In this document: in pieces, positions 25,531 through 39,100 of the stretch
Layout: every line of letters starts with the position of its first letter
Numbering within the stretch: the stretch's first letter is position 1
DNA from: Podarcis vaucheri
Taxonomy: Eukaryota
Strand: one strand, 5' to 3'
Assembly (NCBI GenBank): GCA_965113315.1
Contig: OZ220368.1
Length of the DNA: 64,000 bases
The notes under the pieces: model-generated
The model's database searches: none
Seen by the model: only the letters and a program-made list of their open reading frames with translations
Told to the model about the DNA's origin: nothing
Program-made: the position numbers and the translations under genes

Positions 25531-27739
25531 CAGGAGTGTTCTGTTAGCACAGAGTTGGGATAAGAGATGAGGACGTCTAAAAAGTGGGTTTTGAAGACAT
25601 AACTTGTCTTTGAGTGTTGGAAAGGAAATCAGGAGTATATTTAATAAAGGTGAGTGTAGTTGGAAAGATGCCAATCCAAGTGTGGGCGTCCTGTCATGCT
25701 GTTGCCTTCCAAGAGATTCTCCCTGCAGCTGTTCTGCTCCTCTACCACCTTCTCTAACTAAACATCCTCCCAGGTTACTGAAAGTAATGCTGGGCTTGCA
25801 TAGCTACCCCTATTTTTGAGTGAGTCACACAGCAGCCTCCTTGCTTCGGCCCCTGTTTTATTTCAAATTGATGGTGAAGGTTTAATACCATTTCCTGTCT
25901 GGCTTGAGTCAGCTGAATTCCATGGCTCACAGCCCCCATTCATCCCATGAGGCAAAGGAAATAGCACTAGAGAGGTTGGCTTTCCTGTTCCATTTGTCAG
26001 ACTTTGCTCAGCCCGAGCTCTGACGCTGGCCTTCCCGAAGGACCAACATTGCAGGCAGAAATGGCAACCAAGACTTGGAGGGGCGAAGGGGGTCGTGCAG
26101 GTCCCAAAATGAGGATCCTCTCTGGCAGTTCTGACTTTGCCCAGTTGCTGCCTGTTATCTGGTTACCCTTCTTTTTCCTGCTAGGTTAACAAATTGTCCT
26201 GCGTTGGTTGCTCTGAACTTTTCCATTTAACACTTTTATAATTCCTCCATTGGTTCTTGTTTCTCCATTTTGTAAGACCTGCCCCTGCAATCTGACTTTG
26301 ATCTACATATCTTAGAAGCATGACCAGGTCTTCAGAATAAATTCACCCAGCCAAAGTGGTATGCATAGGTTATAGCCTGCTTTGCAGTACTTTATTCCTT
26401 CTCATTCAGTCCTGTGCAACGAGCTCTTGATGTTCCCACTTCTCAGATGGCAAGTTGCGGCTGTGAGTGTGTGGCATGCCTAACATCAACCAGTAAGGGT
26501 ATGAACCCACCCACCCACCCCGGGCACAGATTCTGGGAACTGTAGCCCTTACAGAGCTACAATTCCAACACCCATAACAAACTACAGGTCCTATGATTCT
26601 TGGGTGGATGTTTCAAAAGTACTTCAAGTGTATGGTTTGTATGCCTCCTCAATCAATGGCTCAGCTAAAATGTTAACTTAAGACTTCTATATCCTATTTG
26701 TTATCCAGGTGTAATATGCCTACTAAATTCAGCTTAGAGTTTTCAGGGAAGAATCAAATATTTCTGCAGGAGTAGAATCTTTCTTAGTCTTTCTGTGGTA
26801 AACTTTGAATTTCTTATTTTGTGAGGAGATAAAGAAATATTATATTTCCAAGTGTTTACTGGTAATCAGGGTATCTTGTATGCCACGTGATGAAGTTTTA
26901 GGTCTCTGTGTTGTGTGGAAGTAACAAGCTTTGATATTCCTATGAGTCACTTATGGTCAGCTCGAAGTATCTTTATATGTTTGTATGGTATCCCAAGGCC
27001 CCTCACAGGTTTCGGTTTACTGCTGGCAGGAATCCTGTACCTTTAACAGCTGCAATTCAGGCAGAAATTAAATAACTGTGGCTTTCTGAGGCATGGGGAG
27101 ATTGCCAGTTGAATTTCTGCCAGTTATGCACCCGTTAAAGGCACAAGAACTCTGCCAGAAAAAAGGGTGGCAACTATACCTCATAATCCTCATTTTACAG
27201 ATGGAGGGCCAAGGCCTACAAGTGACCAGGGAGAGGAGTGTGGGTGAGGCCATTCAGTGAGATGAAAATCAAACCCACTTTTTTCTCAAAGCATTGTGTC
27301 ATTTCTAGGTCACTCCCTCACCTGTTCTTCGAACCCAAAGTACACAGGTATGTGCGTAAAAAGGGGGTGGCATATTATGAAGTGGCAGCATTGCCTGTTT
27401 CACCACAACTAAAAGTGCATGAGGTGTTTTTTCTCATAACAGGGCTGGCTCGGTGTCTGAGGGGACCTCAGGAAGCTGGGGCCTCCCACTGGGCTGCTAC
27501 TTTTAAAAATTTCCCACAGTTCTGCAGTACCCCAGAGGCAGCGTTTATTATTTAAAATGGCAGGTCGCTCCCACACACAGCCACCAACCATCCAGCAACA
27601 GTGGTGGGTCCTGCTTAGGTCCTAGCAGCTGCCTGGTGAGAATGTCACACGCTGACAGCCATATAACACACCCCTGACTGAAAGCAAAAACCAGAGTATA
27701 CAGGTCACCCTGGACATGCCCCTGACAGCCATACAGAGC

Positions 27740-27960
27740 TGGTGTAGTGCCATTGTGAGCTGTGAAGTCCTTGGTTCAAGTTTCATTTTCGTCACAATCT
27801 TACTAGGTGTGTTCAGGCAAACCACTCTCTGATTTGGCTTCCCACCAGCCCCTGCCTGCAGTAGTAAGATAATAATGCTGATCTACCATACAGGGTTGTT
27901 GAAAGGATTACTGAAATAATGTGTCTAAAGCTCTTGGGTATTTGACTAAAGCAGTGTATC
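27740..27960 (+). mobile_element. Old MIR/CORE-type SINE
   Basis: ggtgtagtg A-box, ggttcaagt B-box, and core/tail gataataatgctgatctaccatacagggttgttgaaaggatta. Confidence 0.6.
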
Positions 27961-28961
27961 AGCACTATGTACAATGGAGGAACAGTATGGACTGCACGTG
28001 CGCCATGCAGGGGTTGTGTGGAGGACCGCTGTATCGCCCTGTTCATATTGTTGTTGTTGTTATTCATACCTTCCTTCAATAAAAATTGGCAGGATGGTTT
28101 ACATAGGAGAGAAATATGTAATTCAGAGATTGCGAGTCCTGCATTGGTGCATCTAAGAGTCCCATAGATGCCCCCTGAGTGTAAGCCAGGCAGGCAGCAG
28201 CTATCTTCACCCTTGTTCTGGCTTCAGGGCAAGTGTACTGCTTTGTTCAGATGGAGATGGGGGAAGAGCTTGGCATATGTTCATTTATTTACGCATAAAC
28301 AATTCAAAATAGCTTGGGACTGAGGCTCAGCTTTAAAAACCCAACCATAGTACAGGGCAGGGCAGTGCCAAGTTCCTTAGATCTTTTTTGGGAAGCCATG
28401 CGTGTTTAAGGCTATGCAACAAAGCCCATCTGTCCCTTCCTTGCCCTGTGCTGCGGAGCACGGTCCAGTCTTTCCCTTTGAAGGTCCTGAAATGTTTCTC
28501 AGAGAAAGGCTGGGGCAGTTTGGTTTGATTTTCCTCACCATAGGTCATGTCCAAAGAGCTGGAGTCAGCTTTAAACAAAGCCGCCCTTAAATCCCAAACA
28601 AGACGGCCAAGCCAGCTCCCTGGAATCCGTAGCATGGAGAGCATAATCAAATCAAATTCATCTGTGCTTAGGGCTTATCTCCTCCCACTACACTTGGCTA
28701 TTTTGAGCTGCTCAGGAAGCAGCGCTGCCCTTTTCATCTCTTTGTATATGTGAGTGGGGATTTTTTGACTCACTCCTTCCAAGTTGCATGATGCAAGAAG
28801 CTGCCTTTCATTCTGAGACCGGACAATCGGCAACTTTAAGCTGCTTTTACGAGAAGGGAGTGTGGAGGGTCAGTCCTGACTGACCACTTTGAAGTCATAT
28901 AAGGACTGTACTGATCCATTCCACACTAGGCCAAATAGCAGAGCAGGGGCCAGGCTAACAG

Positions 28962-29253
28962 CAGGGCTGGCCTAAGACTTTTTGCCACCTGAGGCAGAGA
29001 ATAAGGTGGTTGGTGCCTTCCCCCTTTCACATACAGAGGCTGGCTGGACTAAGAGATGGATCTTACCTCAATGTTGGTGGCAGGGCAGCATCCTGCACCG
29101 CACCTAAGGTCAGGCCACTAGCTTAGGGGGTGCAGGGCAAGCTGCAGGGCACACAGAGTTCTGCCCCACAACACTTCATTGACGCTGCATGCCCTACAGC
29201 ATTTTCTGCTTGAGGCAGCTGCCTCACTCTTCCAAATTGTTGCTCCAGCTATG
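28962..29253. mobile_element. Probable hAT-type MITE
   Basis: Starts cagggctggcctaagactttttgccacctgaggc. The reverse complement of this end also occurs at about 58008-58038. Right end degraded. Confidence 0.45.
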
Positions 29254-29692
29254 GTTAACAGGAATATGGTTCAAAAATAACACTATCTCTTCTTTCAGTG
29301 TCTCCTCACTGTACTGCACTGTAGGATGATCAGTCAGGTGGGAAGTTTTTGTCTGGACAAGTACTAAGGAGCTATTACAGAAGTCAGTACATATACCCTA
29401 ACTGGTATGTTTACTTCAGCACGAGCTGAAGCATCCCTAGATCTGCTGCATCACATTCCAAGAGCAGCTCACCCCACATTTAACACACCACCACAGTGTG
29501 GAAAGTGTGGGTCAAAGTCAGATGACAGAGTTAGTACACTGTGGATATGGGCTGGGTGGAACAGTGCCAAGCAAAACTCTTATGCGCTAAAGTGGTTGTG
29601 GGATTGCTCCAACTCTATTACTCGATCCACATTTGGCAGCTTTGCCATGGAGGAGCAACTGTGTACTGAGTTGGGCATATGCTGGAACAATA

Positions 29693-29970
29693 CGCGATGG
29701 GGTGAAGCTCCTGTTGTTCTGTCCCAGCTCCTGCCAACCTAGCAGTTGAAAAGCATGCCAGTGCGAGTAGATAAATAGGTACCACTGCAACAGAAAGGTA
29801 AACGGCTTTTCCGTGCGCTCTGGCACTCGTCACGGTGTCCCGTTGTGCCAGAAGCAGTTTAGTCACACTGTCCACATGACCTAGAAAGCTGTCTGTGAAC
29901 AAACGCCACACCCCATAGTCACCTTTGACTGGATTTAACTGTCCAGGGGTCCTTTACCTTTACCTTTACC
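29693..29970 (+). mobile_element. 5'-truncated Sauria SINE
   Basis: cccagctcctgccaacctagcagtt...agtagataaataggtacc...aaggtaaacggc and terminal (ACCTTT)n; homologous to 49880-50245. Confidence 0.88.
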
Positions 29971-30331
29971 GTTATGCTAGAACAATGAAAACCTGGACAC
30001 CTGTTTGTTACATTTCATTTATTTCTCTCCATCACATTTTGAACGTTATTGTGTAATTTTAAATCTTGCTTGCATGGACAATTTCTAATCTGAATAAGGA
30101 TGCTTCTACAAATGGTAGCTACAACCTTGAAAGGAAAATATGCCGTGCCTGGTAGAAAAGGAACCTGTTGCCATGTGATTTTGTGCTGTTGTCACTGGTT
30201 TTGTATGACTGGCTCTGTTCCCCCAAGGCTGGTTAGCAAAGCTGGTGTCTGGCTGGTAAGCATCTAGCATGCAGACATGTCAATTTGTTGGTCCCTTGGT
30301 TAAAGACTGTCATCAATAGATAAAGCCAGTA

Positions 30332-30540
30332 CAGTGGTTACAAACACTTCAGGTTACAAACTCCGCTAACCCGGAAGTAGTACCTTGGGTTGAGAACTTT
30401 GCCTGAGGATGAGAATGGAAAATGTGTGGCGGCGGCAGCAGGAAGCCCCATTAGCTAAAGTGGTACCTCAGGTTAAGAACAGTTTTGGGTTAAGAACGGA
30501 CCTCCGGAACGAATTAAGTTCTTAACCTGAGGTACCACTG
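30332..30540. mobile_element. Tc1/mariner MITE, same family as 2596-2821, with a short deletion in the left TIR
   Basis: TA|cagtggttaca... and ...ttaacctgaggtaccactg|TA; internal sequence colinear with the other copies. Confidence 0.88.
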
Positions 30541-30777
30541 TATTGGGAGTCACCATGCTCCAACTTCCCTTCTCATCTTAGTACTGGAAAGGCTGCCAAT
30601 AGCACTGGCCAAAGACAGCAATCGCAAACCAGCAGCAGTTTTCTTTATTTCTCACTGAACCCTGACATGAAAAGTTGCATCCAGCATTTTAGAGCAGTTT
30701 GTCTGAGTCAGGGTAATTGTCTGACTTGCCCCTGGTTGCTTCTCGTTTTGAGAGACCAAGCAAACATGACTTTAATG

Positions 30778-30916
30778 CAGGGAAGGGGAATCTGCAGCTC
30801 TCTCGATGATCCTGGGACTATAGATCCCATTATTCTTGACCGTTTGCCATGGTGGCTGGGGCTGGTGGGAACTGGAGTCCAGCCACATCTGGAGGGCCAC
30901 AGGTTCCCAGTCCCTG
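30778..30916. mobile_element. Short hAT-type MITE (about 140 bp)
   Basis: Termini CAGGGAAGGGGAA / TTCCCAGTCCCTG and internal ggctggggctggtgggaactggagtcca. Related copy at 42775-42904. No clear TSD. Confidence 0.65.
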
Positions 30917-33344
30917 GCTGCAGTGTCTTAACAGTGAGGATTTAGAAGATCAAAGAGGGGCTTTTGACGCTTTAAATAGCAAAACACACACGCACTAAGG
31001 TAGCCAGCTCTGTTCTGTTCATTGTTTTTCTAATCCAGCATGGTCTGAATTTAGCATTTTATTTTAAAAGTTTGCACAAATCCTCTTTCATAGGCAGAGC
31101 CAAGAAGTCAGAAATGGAGTGGCTATGCTGGAATATTATATGGGATGACCCCCTGGTGCAAGCTTTGTTTTTCTAAATCCTAATCACTATTGAACATAAG
31201 TACTTTTATGATGTTGACTTGACTGTTCAATTTTTGTCGCTAGCACAAGGACTGAATAGAGCTCAGAGGCTGTCGCAGTGTGGTTTGGAGAGAAAAATGC
31301 TAGGTTGTCAATTCAGGGAGCTTTTCTCCTTCAGGAAACATCAGTTGTGTTTAGCTGGCTTCTTTGTGTGACCTGAGGTAGTTTTGAGACTTGAATGGGA
31401 AACTTTTAACTCTTCGCTTCTGCCCTTTAAAACAGCAATAAAAATAGTGGCACTTAGCCATCCCCCTCAAGGCTGAGTATTCATTCCTGGGTTGCAACAA
31501 GAGATGGCTCTTGCAAGGCAGAGAGGACAGCTGGGGTTTTTGGGTTGGTTTGAACAGAGGCATAATCAAAACAGAGTATATTTAATTTCAGTTTCTGTCA
31601 AGTTTTATTGTAACCTAAAACAGCCTTTACAAAAATAACACACTGAACAAATTTTGTCCCTCCTATCATTTTGGGAAGGGACGACGCTTCCTTAATGGAA
31701 ATCTACAGAAATGAGTGGTCTTCCCATGACACCTGGTTAGCCATAGGAAAGAAGTGACATCATTAACTTATTAGAGATAGGTAAATTCTTAACTTGATGT
31801 CTGCAGGGGGCAGGGGGACACCCTAGGCCAGTAATTGGATGGGGCAGGGAGGGAAGGCCTCCAAGGTCAACTATTCCACTCCAGCTGGAAATAGTGCAGG
31901 AGGTCTACTAGTGGGGATTACACTTGAGGCCATATTGAAGTCTTTACTTTTGGGCTAGCTGTAGGGCAATTTGATGAATTCCAGTTTGAGGGATTCCAGC
32001 CTTCCTAAATATACTTGTTGACTTTTACCTCCTTCTGAATGCTACAGCTCAATTCAGATGTAACAACCAACCATGGCTTGTTGTTCCTAGATCAAGCAGC
32101 ACTATGGGCCATAGATCAGACAAGGACAAGGTTTGAGAACCTGTGGTTTGTGGAAACTTTTAATTTCCTTCCCTTGAGCATAAAGTGATGGGAAGGAGGG
32201 AACATGCAAGTCTAAGACTTGCTGCATATTGTTCTTATGATAAACCATGATTTGATGTTTCATCTGAATTGAGCCTACGTTTGTAGCTTCCCACCTCAAG
32301 TACAATACATACCCAGAGGCGTCCATCCTTTTACATGTCTAGGTAGGTTCATATGGAAAGAGGCGGTCCTTGAGGTATTGAGGTCCTAAGCCGTTTATAT
32401 TGTGTGATGAGCATTCATGTGTCTATTTCAGACAGAACACATAATTGGGAAGTGTGTTTGGCCCAATATGTGCCCAGTTGTTACATGTCACAGATTTTAG
32501 TTGTGCTTAGATTTAACGCAATGAGATCAATGAGACTTGAATTAAGAGGAAATTAAGTGCCATTAATTGCAGTAGTCTATTGCACATAGGACTAAGTCTG
32601 GACCCGAACTGCAATCTGCACATGCATTCCACACATTCGCCTACAACTATGTGCTTCCTGTATAGGGGATGCTTAATGCTTGGGGTCAAATGTGATTGAG
32701 CCCCAAATTGCTGAAGCTGTGACTGCTTCCTGCCACCTAATGGTAGTGATGACACTTTGTGTGAGAGGCCTTACTTTGGGATGTGTGTGTGTATGTACAC
32801 ATACACATACAAGTCTTTGCCTTTGAAATCCTTCCCCCAAAGCCTTGTTATGAAGAAATATGCAAATGATCCAATTAGTTGAGGGAGGGGGTCCCTAGGG
32901 CTAATAGCCTAAGGCCTGTACCAATTAGGAACAGCTTTCCCTAGTTCAGAAGCAGATTGCTGCTGTTTCGCACCATCTAGTCAATCCTCATTAAAGCCAG
33001 GGCCCAGTGGCAAACTCTCTACCAACATACTGGATGAAGAACCATCCTGCCATTTCCCCCTCCATGTGGCTTCTGCCTGAGGATTAAGTTGTTATGTAGG
33101 AAGCGGAAGGGGCAGCCTCAGTTATGCTGTCCTTCCAGAAGAACTATCTGAAATAGCATAGAACTTCCTTTTCATGCTGTCACACACCCACACCCAAACA
33201 CACACCCTTTCACCCTGGCACCGTCCACCCACAACATCATTACATGAACTGGTTAGCATTACTGTCTGGAGGTTGGTTGGTATTTTCTGGCTTATTTCCC
33301 TTGACGTTGAGGTCAAGGCTGATGGGGAAATCCCTCTCTCCAGC

Positions 33345-33980
33345 TCTGGATCACACCAAAGACCCTTCTAGTCCCGCATCCTCCTCTCCTTCTCGCAGTA
33401 GCCAACCAGGTGCCCACAAGCAGGACATGAGCGCAATTGCCTTCTTCCACTTGTGATCCCAGCAACTAGTATTCAGAGGCATCCTGCCTCATTGCTTGGA
33501 GGTAATGGTACCATCATTGCTAGTAGGCATTGCTAATTTTTTCTTCTATGAATTTATATAATCCCCCTTTAAGCCATCCAAGTTGGGGGTCATTGCTGTA
33601 TCTTTTGGCAGGGAGTTCCATAGCTTAACCATGTGCTTTGTGAAGAAGTGCCTCCTTTGGTCAGTCCTGGCTCTCCCAGCATTCAGCTTCATTGGATGAA
33701 CCTGAGGTCTAGTTTTATAAGAGAGAGAAAAACTTACCTTTCTCCACGGCAAGCATAGTTTTCTAGACCTCCATCATGCCCACCATTACTTGCCTTTTGT
33801 CTAAACTAAAAAAGCCCCAAACATTGTAGTCCTTCTTCAGAGTTTCTCTAGTCACCTGGACATTTGGGTTTCCCCTTGCTGCACCTTTTCCAGCTCCTTT
33901 GTCAGGTGTAGCAACCAGAAGTGAACACTGTATTCTAAGCGTCCCTTTCCTAATGACCCTTAATGTGGAATCCACCATTG
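33345..33980 (-). mobile_element. CR1 LINE 3' fragment (ORF2 C-terminus plus 3' UTR)
   Basis: ORF 33546-33752 reads RTDQRRHFFTKHMVKLWNSLPKDTAMTPNLDGLKG, the characteristic CR1 ORF2 C-terminal motif. ORF 33763-33987 contains GFFSLDKR. Confidence 0.85.
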
Positions 33981-35152
33981 GTGCCAAGACCCCGTGACCC
34001 TGCAGTTCCCTAAGGGTGAATAACCAGACATGACAACAGCATATGGTTTTATGGAATTAAATAGGCCACAACTTTTATTGATTACAGATGTGAGTGGTTT
34101 GACGTAGGCACTGGGTGAAGCCAGGCAATATCAGATGATATCACTGCAGCCCATCTGCTGAGAGTGCATGTAAGGGCAAGCTACCATTAGGGGGAGTCCT
34201 TTGGCCTACATCAAATAGGAGTACCCCCTGAGGGGTTCCCATTTGAGGAGTGGTATGGCCCTAGCCCCTGTGTGGGTGTCGGACAGAAGCCACTCCCCCC
34301 AAATCCCTTAACCAAGGATGGGCAGGCAGCAAGTAGAGAAGGTTTCCCTAATCCCAACAAGTGTGGCAGTTGGTGGTGTGATTGTGGGCAAAGGCTTGTT
34401 CAGTGACCATTGGCAAGGAATGAGAGCTCGGTCATAAGGGCCCTGTCAGATGAAACACGCAGTTCTGCAACCAAGTGGGCTTCAAACAGATGAGAGTAAC
34501 CCTCAAAGCCATTTTGCACAGAGGGATGATATCATGAGGCTTCCCTTGTTTTGACTTCTGAGTCTAGATGTCAGTTTAAAAATCAGATGAAAGTGTGACT
34601 CATCACGTTGTCTCCCTAAGTCTGGGGCTGGCAGCACTGAGCCCAGGGCAGCGTCAGGTCACCCGATCGCAGAGTCACACCGTCGCAGAGGCCAGCAGAA
34701 CAAAACACTTTCTGTACCAATATGACTTCATTGGTCATCCTTGCTGGCTGGCAAAGCATGAATGCTGCCCTTTGTCTTCTGCTTGCTACACACCAGGGAT
34801 TGCTGCCAAACACAACCTTCAGGTCAGGGACTGGATCAAGATCTCCAGGGAAGGGAGGGGATCCATGCCGCCCATCTGGCTTGGGACAGCTTGAAATCTA
34901 AGTGAATCCATTCCAAAGTGCAGAAAGGCCATTCTGCTATGTGGCCAAGGACAGACCACATCCACAATAGTGACCTGTGAGGAAATGTATTGGTCCCAGT
35001 AGTAAAGTCTCAATATAACAAAGGAGTTGGGCAACTGTGCTTGGAGAGGGTATTGCCAATTGATTTATTAAAGCGTTAGTTAAATTTTGGGTTTTAGCCC
35101 TCACCAATCTGGTGCCCTCTGGATGCTAATAGGAGTTTTATAACACATTGAA

Positions 35153-35272
35153 ACACAGAATTGTAGAGTTGGAAGGGACCTTGAGGATCATCTAGTCTAG
35201 CCCCCTGCAGTGCAGGAATATGCAGCTGTTTTATATGGGGATTGAATCTGCAACTTTGGCATTGCAGTCCAA
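35153..35272 (-). mobile_element. tRNA-headed SINE with CR1-type tail
   Basis: agaattgtagagttggaagggaccttgaggatcatctagtc (antisense CR1 tail) followed by an antisense B-box-like ggggattgaatc. Confidence 0.65.
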
Positions 35273-35927
35273 AGCATCCAGAGGGCACTGCATTGGCAAA
35301 GGCTGATGTAGAAATGTAGTTTTCTGTGTTACCTTAGCAGGGCAGCCTGGGGGGGGGGGCACAGTAAACCACATCCAGAAACAGATTAAATGCCATCTTC
35401 AGAGAGAGGATAAAGAAACTAAGATGTAGACAATAAAGACCTAGCTAATGGAAAAGTCCCCTCAAAATTGAAAAAATATAAGCTTAGTGTAGGATTTAGT
35501 TTCTCTGCTGCCCAGGGCAGCCATTTTATGTTGGCACCCACAACACTTTTATCAATATATGATCTCTCTCTTACAAAATAAATAAATAAAAAGCATTGGC
35601 CTCAGCCTAAATTAAAAGTTTCAGCTTTTAGTTCAGTTTAATAATAATAATAATTTAATTAATAATTTCCCCCAGCCACTCTGGGTGGCTCACAATTGAG
35701 TGTTAAAAGCAATACAGCATAAAACCTGTTAAAACCTAGTTCCATTTTAAACAAGAGCAAACTTAGAACGTCAGCTTTCAGTACAGTTTTCAAAACTAGA
35801 GAATAAGTTAAAAGTAGCATGTGCTTTTAGATTGTATAACATCTCCTGATATTATATATGAAATGTGCAGTTTATGCATATTTTAATTACATAAAATGAT
35901 GGAGCAAAGGACCCAAACCCAATAGGT

Positions 35928-36140
35928 TCAAAATAAAAAAATTCCTTCCAGTAGCACCTTAAAGACCAACTAAGTTAGTTCTTGGTATGAGCTTTCGTGT
36001 GCATGCACACTTCTTCAGATACACATGCACACGAAAGCTCATACCAAGAACTAACTTAGTTGGTCTTTAAGGTGCTACTGGAAGGAATTTTTTTATTTTG
36101 ACTATGGCAGACCAACACGGCTACCTATCTGTAACTGGAA
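35928..36140. mobile_element. Penelope-like element remnant: partial terminal repeat plus an inverted copy, flanked by a 14-bp direct repeat
   Basis: Perfect 78-bp inverted arms at 35928-36005 and 36024-36101; tail ...gcagaccaacacggctacc; ccaataggttcaaa at 35919-35932 and 36141-36154. Confidence 0.85.
35985..36022 (-). ncRNA. Minimal type I hammerhead ribozyme motif (Penelope-associated)
   Basis: The minus strand reads GUAU-CUGAAGA-A-GUGUG-CAUG-CACAC-GAAA-GC-UC-AUAC. This gives stem I GUAU/AUAC, core CUGANGA and GAAA, stem II GUGUG/CACAC, and a palindromic AGCU in place of stem III. Confidence 0.75.
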
Positions 36141-39100
36141 CCAATAGGTTCAAATTACTAGAAAAGGGATTTCAGCTAAACATTAGGAAGGCAGGAAAGG
36201 CATAGACCAAGAGGACGGCTGTTCTAGTGTTAGCAGCTCCTGACCTACAGCTGTAGTTTATTTCTGATGCCACCATATTTAAGTTATTAACACGTAAGGA
36301 ATATCAGCCATTTGACAATGTAGAGTGAGGAGTTCTTCTTTTTTGATGCTTGATTAGCTTCTGATTGGTCTTCATATAGTTCCTTCTTTTTAATTATATT
36401 ATTAAAGTACAATGTTGAGGTTGAACCTTTCACCTTCCATAACCTTGGAAGTTAAAAGGCAGGCCCTGGCAGAGGCCCTGTCATAGTGTCCATTGGTCTC
36501 TGTTTAGCTTGTTCACCATCTGATGGGAACTGGAACATCAGGGATTAGGTTTGTGGGGAAAGCTGCTTTGTGAATGTCAGAAAAAAGATGGGTTTGATTT
36601 ATTTGAAATCCCACAACCTTTGAAAAATGCCTTGGTTAGTGTTTTCAGAGCTCGCACCATTCCTTCCCAAATGGTGCAATCTGTGCAAAGGTATGTCGGG
36701 CATGATAACTGAGGCATGGGTTGGGTTTGGGGGGAATATAGTGGAAGCATATGTGCTCCACAGCAGTCTACATGTGCTGTAAAGAAGAAAAGGCCTTAAG
36801 AGCAGTGTTTACCAGGAAGGGTGATCTGTATGGGCAGGAGGCAGCCCAGTTGCTCAACTTTCTTTCACAATGGAAGCTCAGGCAAAAGATGGTCAAATGC
36901 TTATCCAGAAGTGCCCTTGTCGAGATGATGCTGCAGCTGTTAGAAGATAATTTACCACAAGTTTTCGATTTTCACATATGATTCCCAGCTAAGGAGGGGA
37001 ATAACTAGTGCTATGCTGAAAATCTATCCAACCTTTCTCTATCAATTAATGAAAAAAGAAATTGCATTCAGAAATTATCAAAGGGGAGAGAAAATATTGG
37101 TGAAATTCTCATCAGGTGAGATGCAGCGTTTTGGATGTGCTAACCTTATTTTTAAGGTGGTCAATGGGTGAGCTGCACTCTGCAGCCTTTGGGAATGCTT
37201 CAATCAAAGTCCAGTGGAAAACACTCAGAAATTTGGGCAGCCAGGAAGATTGCAGAGAGCTAGAGAAATGTTTACTCGAAAGAAAAAAAGTACGCTTCAT
37301 GCCCTCAACCACCTCACAACAATATTGTAAGCTCAAAGCCCTGCACTGACCAAAATTCTAAAGAAATTCTCAAATGCCCTAAGAATGGAGCAAATAAAGA
37401 AATTAAGTTGAAGCTTTATTTTTTCCACAGAGGAAGAAAACTTTTGAGAAACTGGAGGGCAGATTTCAGCACAGTGCTAGAAATAGCTGCTGCTTTATTT
37501 TTATGATCTTGTACTTTCAAACACAAGGGCCAGGCTGATCATTCTCTTTTCAGTTCCCCACAATGGATGCCATTTATGCTAATGGATAACCGTAACTGTG
37601 CCTCCATTAAGAACTTGCTTCAAGAAAGAGTTCAGGTGTCTATAGGCAGCACATAAAATACAGTGTGTCTTATGGGGAACAGAGCTGAAGACCTTTTGGT
37701 CCAGAAATGAAGCAATTGTAGTAAAAAAGAAAGCTGCCAACACAGAGGTGTTAAGGGCTTTGCTGTTGTTCTTCATCTGATGTTCCATTCTGCACCATTA
37801 TACCTAATAGGCAGATATTCTGGGACTTTATTTCATGCACTTGCTAACGTTCTTTGGAAGGGACTTAACAAAGACATAGTGAAGCAAACAGAAGTCCTTC
37901 ATATTGTTGATATTATCTGATGGGATACTGAGAGATTATTTGGCTTCAGGTCATCATATCACTTGAAACTTGATGATCACTGATCCACAGTTGTTTCAGG
38001 CAGTCTACAGTAATTATTTCAAGTGTAAATTCAGAGGAGAAAATGGGAAATTATGCACAAAATGACTACCCAGGGGAGGAAGATAAATAATTGCCACCCA
38101 TTATTTCCACATCGGGAGACCTGGTCAAAATTACTGTGTAGAGCAAAGAAAGGCAACATTTCTTCCTCCTCCCACTCTTGTCCAGAGACAAAGAAAAATA
38201 GAGATCCCATAATTAAAGGTGCCCCCCCACTCCCACAAGAGGGATGTGCATGAAAGGGGATTAGGAGAAAAATAACAGGACTTGTTTTCTCATTTTTTGG
38301 CTAGAGGAATGGGGAAGGAAGGGCTCTAAATCAAATATTTAAATCTGAAAGCTGTTGTTTAGACCAACGGGGAGTCCACTGTTCTGAATGCAAGAGATCA
38401 GGGGCCCATGTAGAGCAAAATTTCAAATATAAGGGGTACCATGGAGTTGTGGCATCTGTTCCACAGTTTTATAGAGCTTTAGTATTCTGAAACAGGCAAC
38501 AGCAGTGATAGTGTAGTAGAACTTGGATACTTTATTATGAGAGTCACTAAATTTTTACCTTTTAAGAAGTACCTGTAAAATGTTTATGTGGACATCTTAA
38601 AAAGTAATGTGTAAATCATAGACATGCCAGGGCCCCAGGATTGCCTATGGCTCCCTACTGCATGTATCATAGAGTGACAAACCTTAATTTACTGCTGTAT
38701 AATGTGAGCTGGTCCTTAGAGACATCTGATAATCTTAAAGCTGCACAATCTTGGGATTGTTAAACACTTTGGACACAACCCAGCCGTTGTTAAGCACTTT
38801 TGTGCCACATAAGAGAATTATGCACATAATTAACTCATCTGTTGAAATCAACGGGATTTAAAGGTGCTTTAATGGATGTACTGAGCAGTGTGTCGTTTTC
38901 TCCCCAACAAGCAGCCAAAAGGAATCCAAAGTGACAACTGTTGCCATCCTTACACACCACATTTGATAATATAAAATTCCATCCCTTAGACTTTTAATAT
39001 CTTTCCTGTGTTCCTGCAGCCTCAGAGCAATGAGAAACGTCCAACTTGGCAGCAATATGTGGAGAAGGGGGAACGTTTTAGAAAGCTGTGATTATTCTGG

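Noticed and set aside
28547-28753. ORF MSKELESALN... directly after an acceptor-like site, resembling an S100 N-terminus
   Set aside because: The similarity ends after about nine residues, with no EF-hand and no second exon.
33982-34448. Possible solo LTR (TG...CA, antisense AATAAA) abutting the CR1 fragment
   Set aside because: No TSD and no second copy to define the boundaries.
36751-37349. Two helical-looking ORFs as a processed pseudogene
   Set aside because: No recognisable homology, poly-A tail or TSD.
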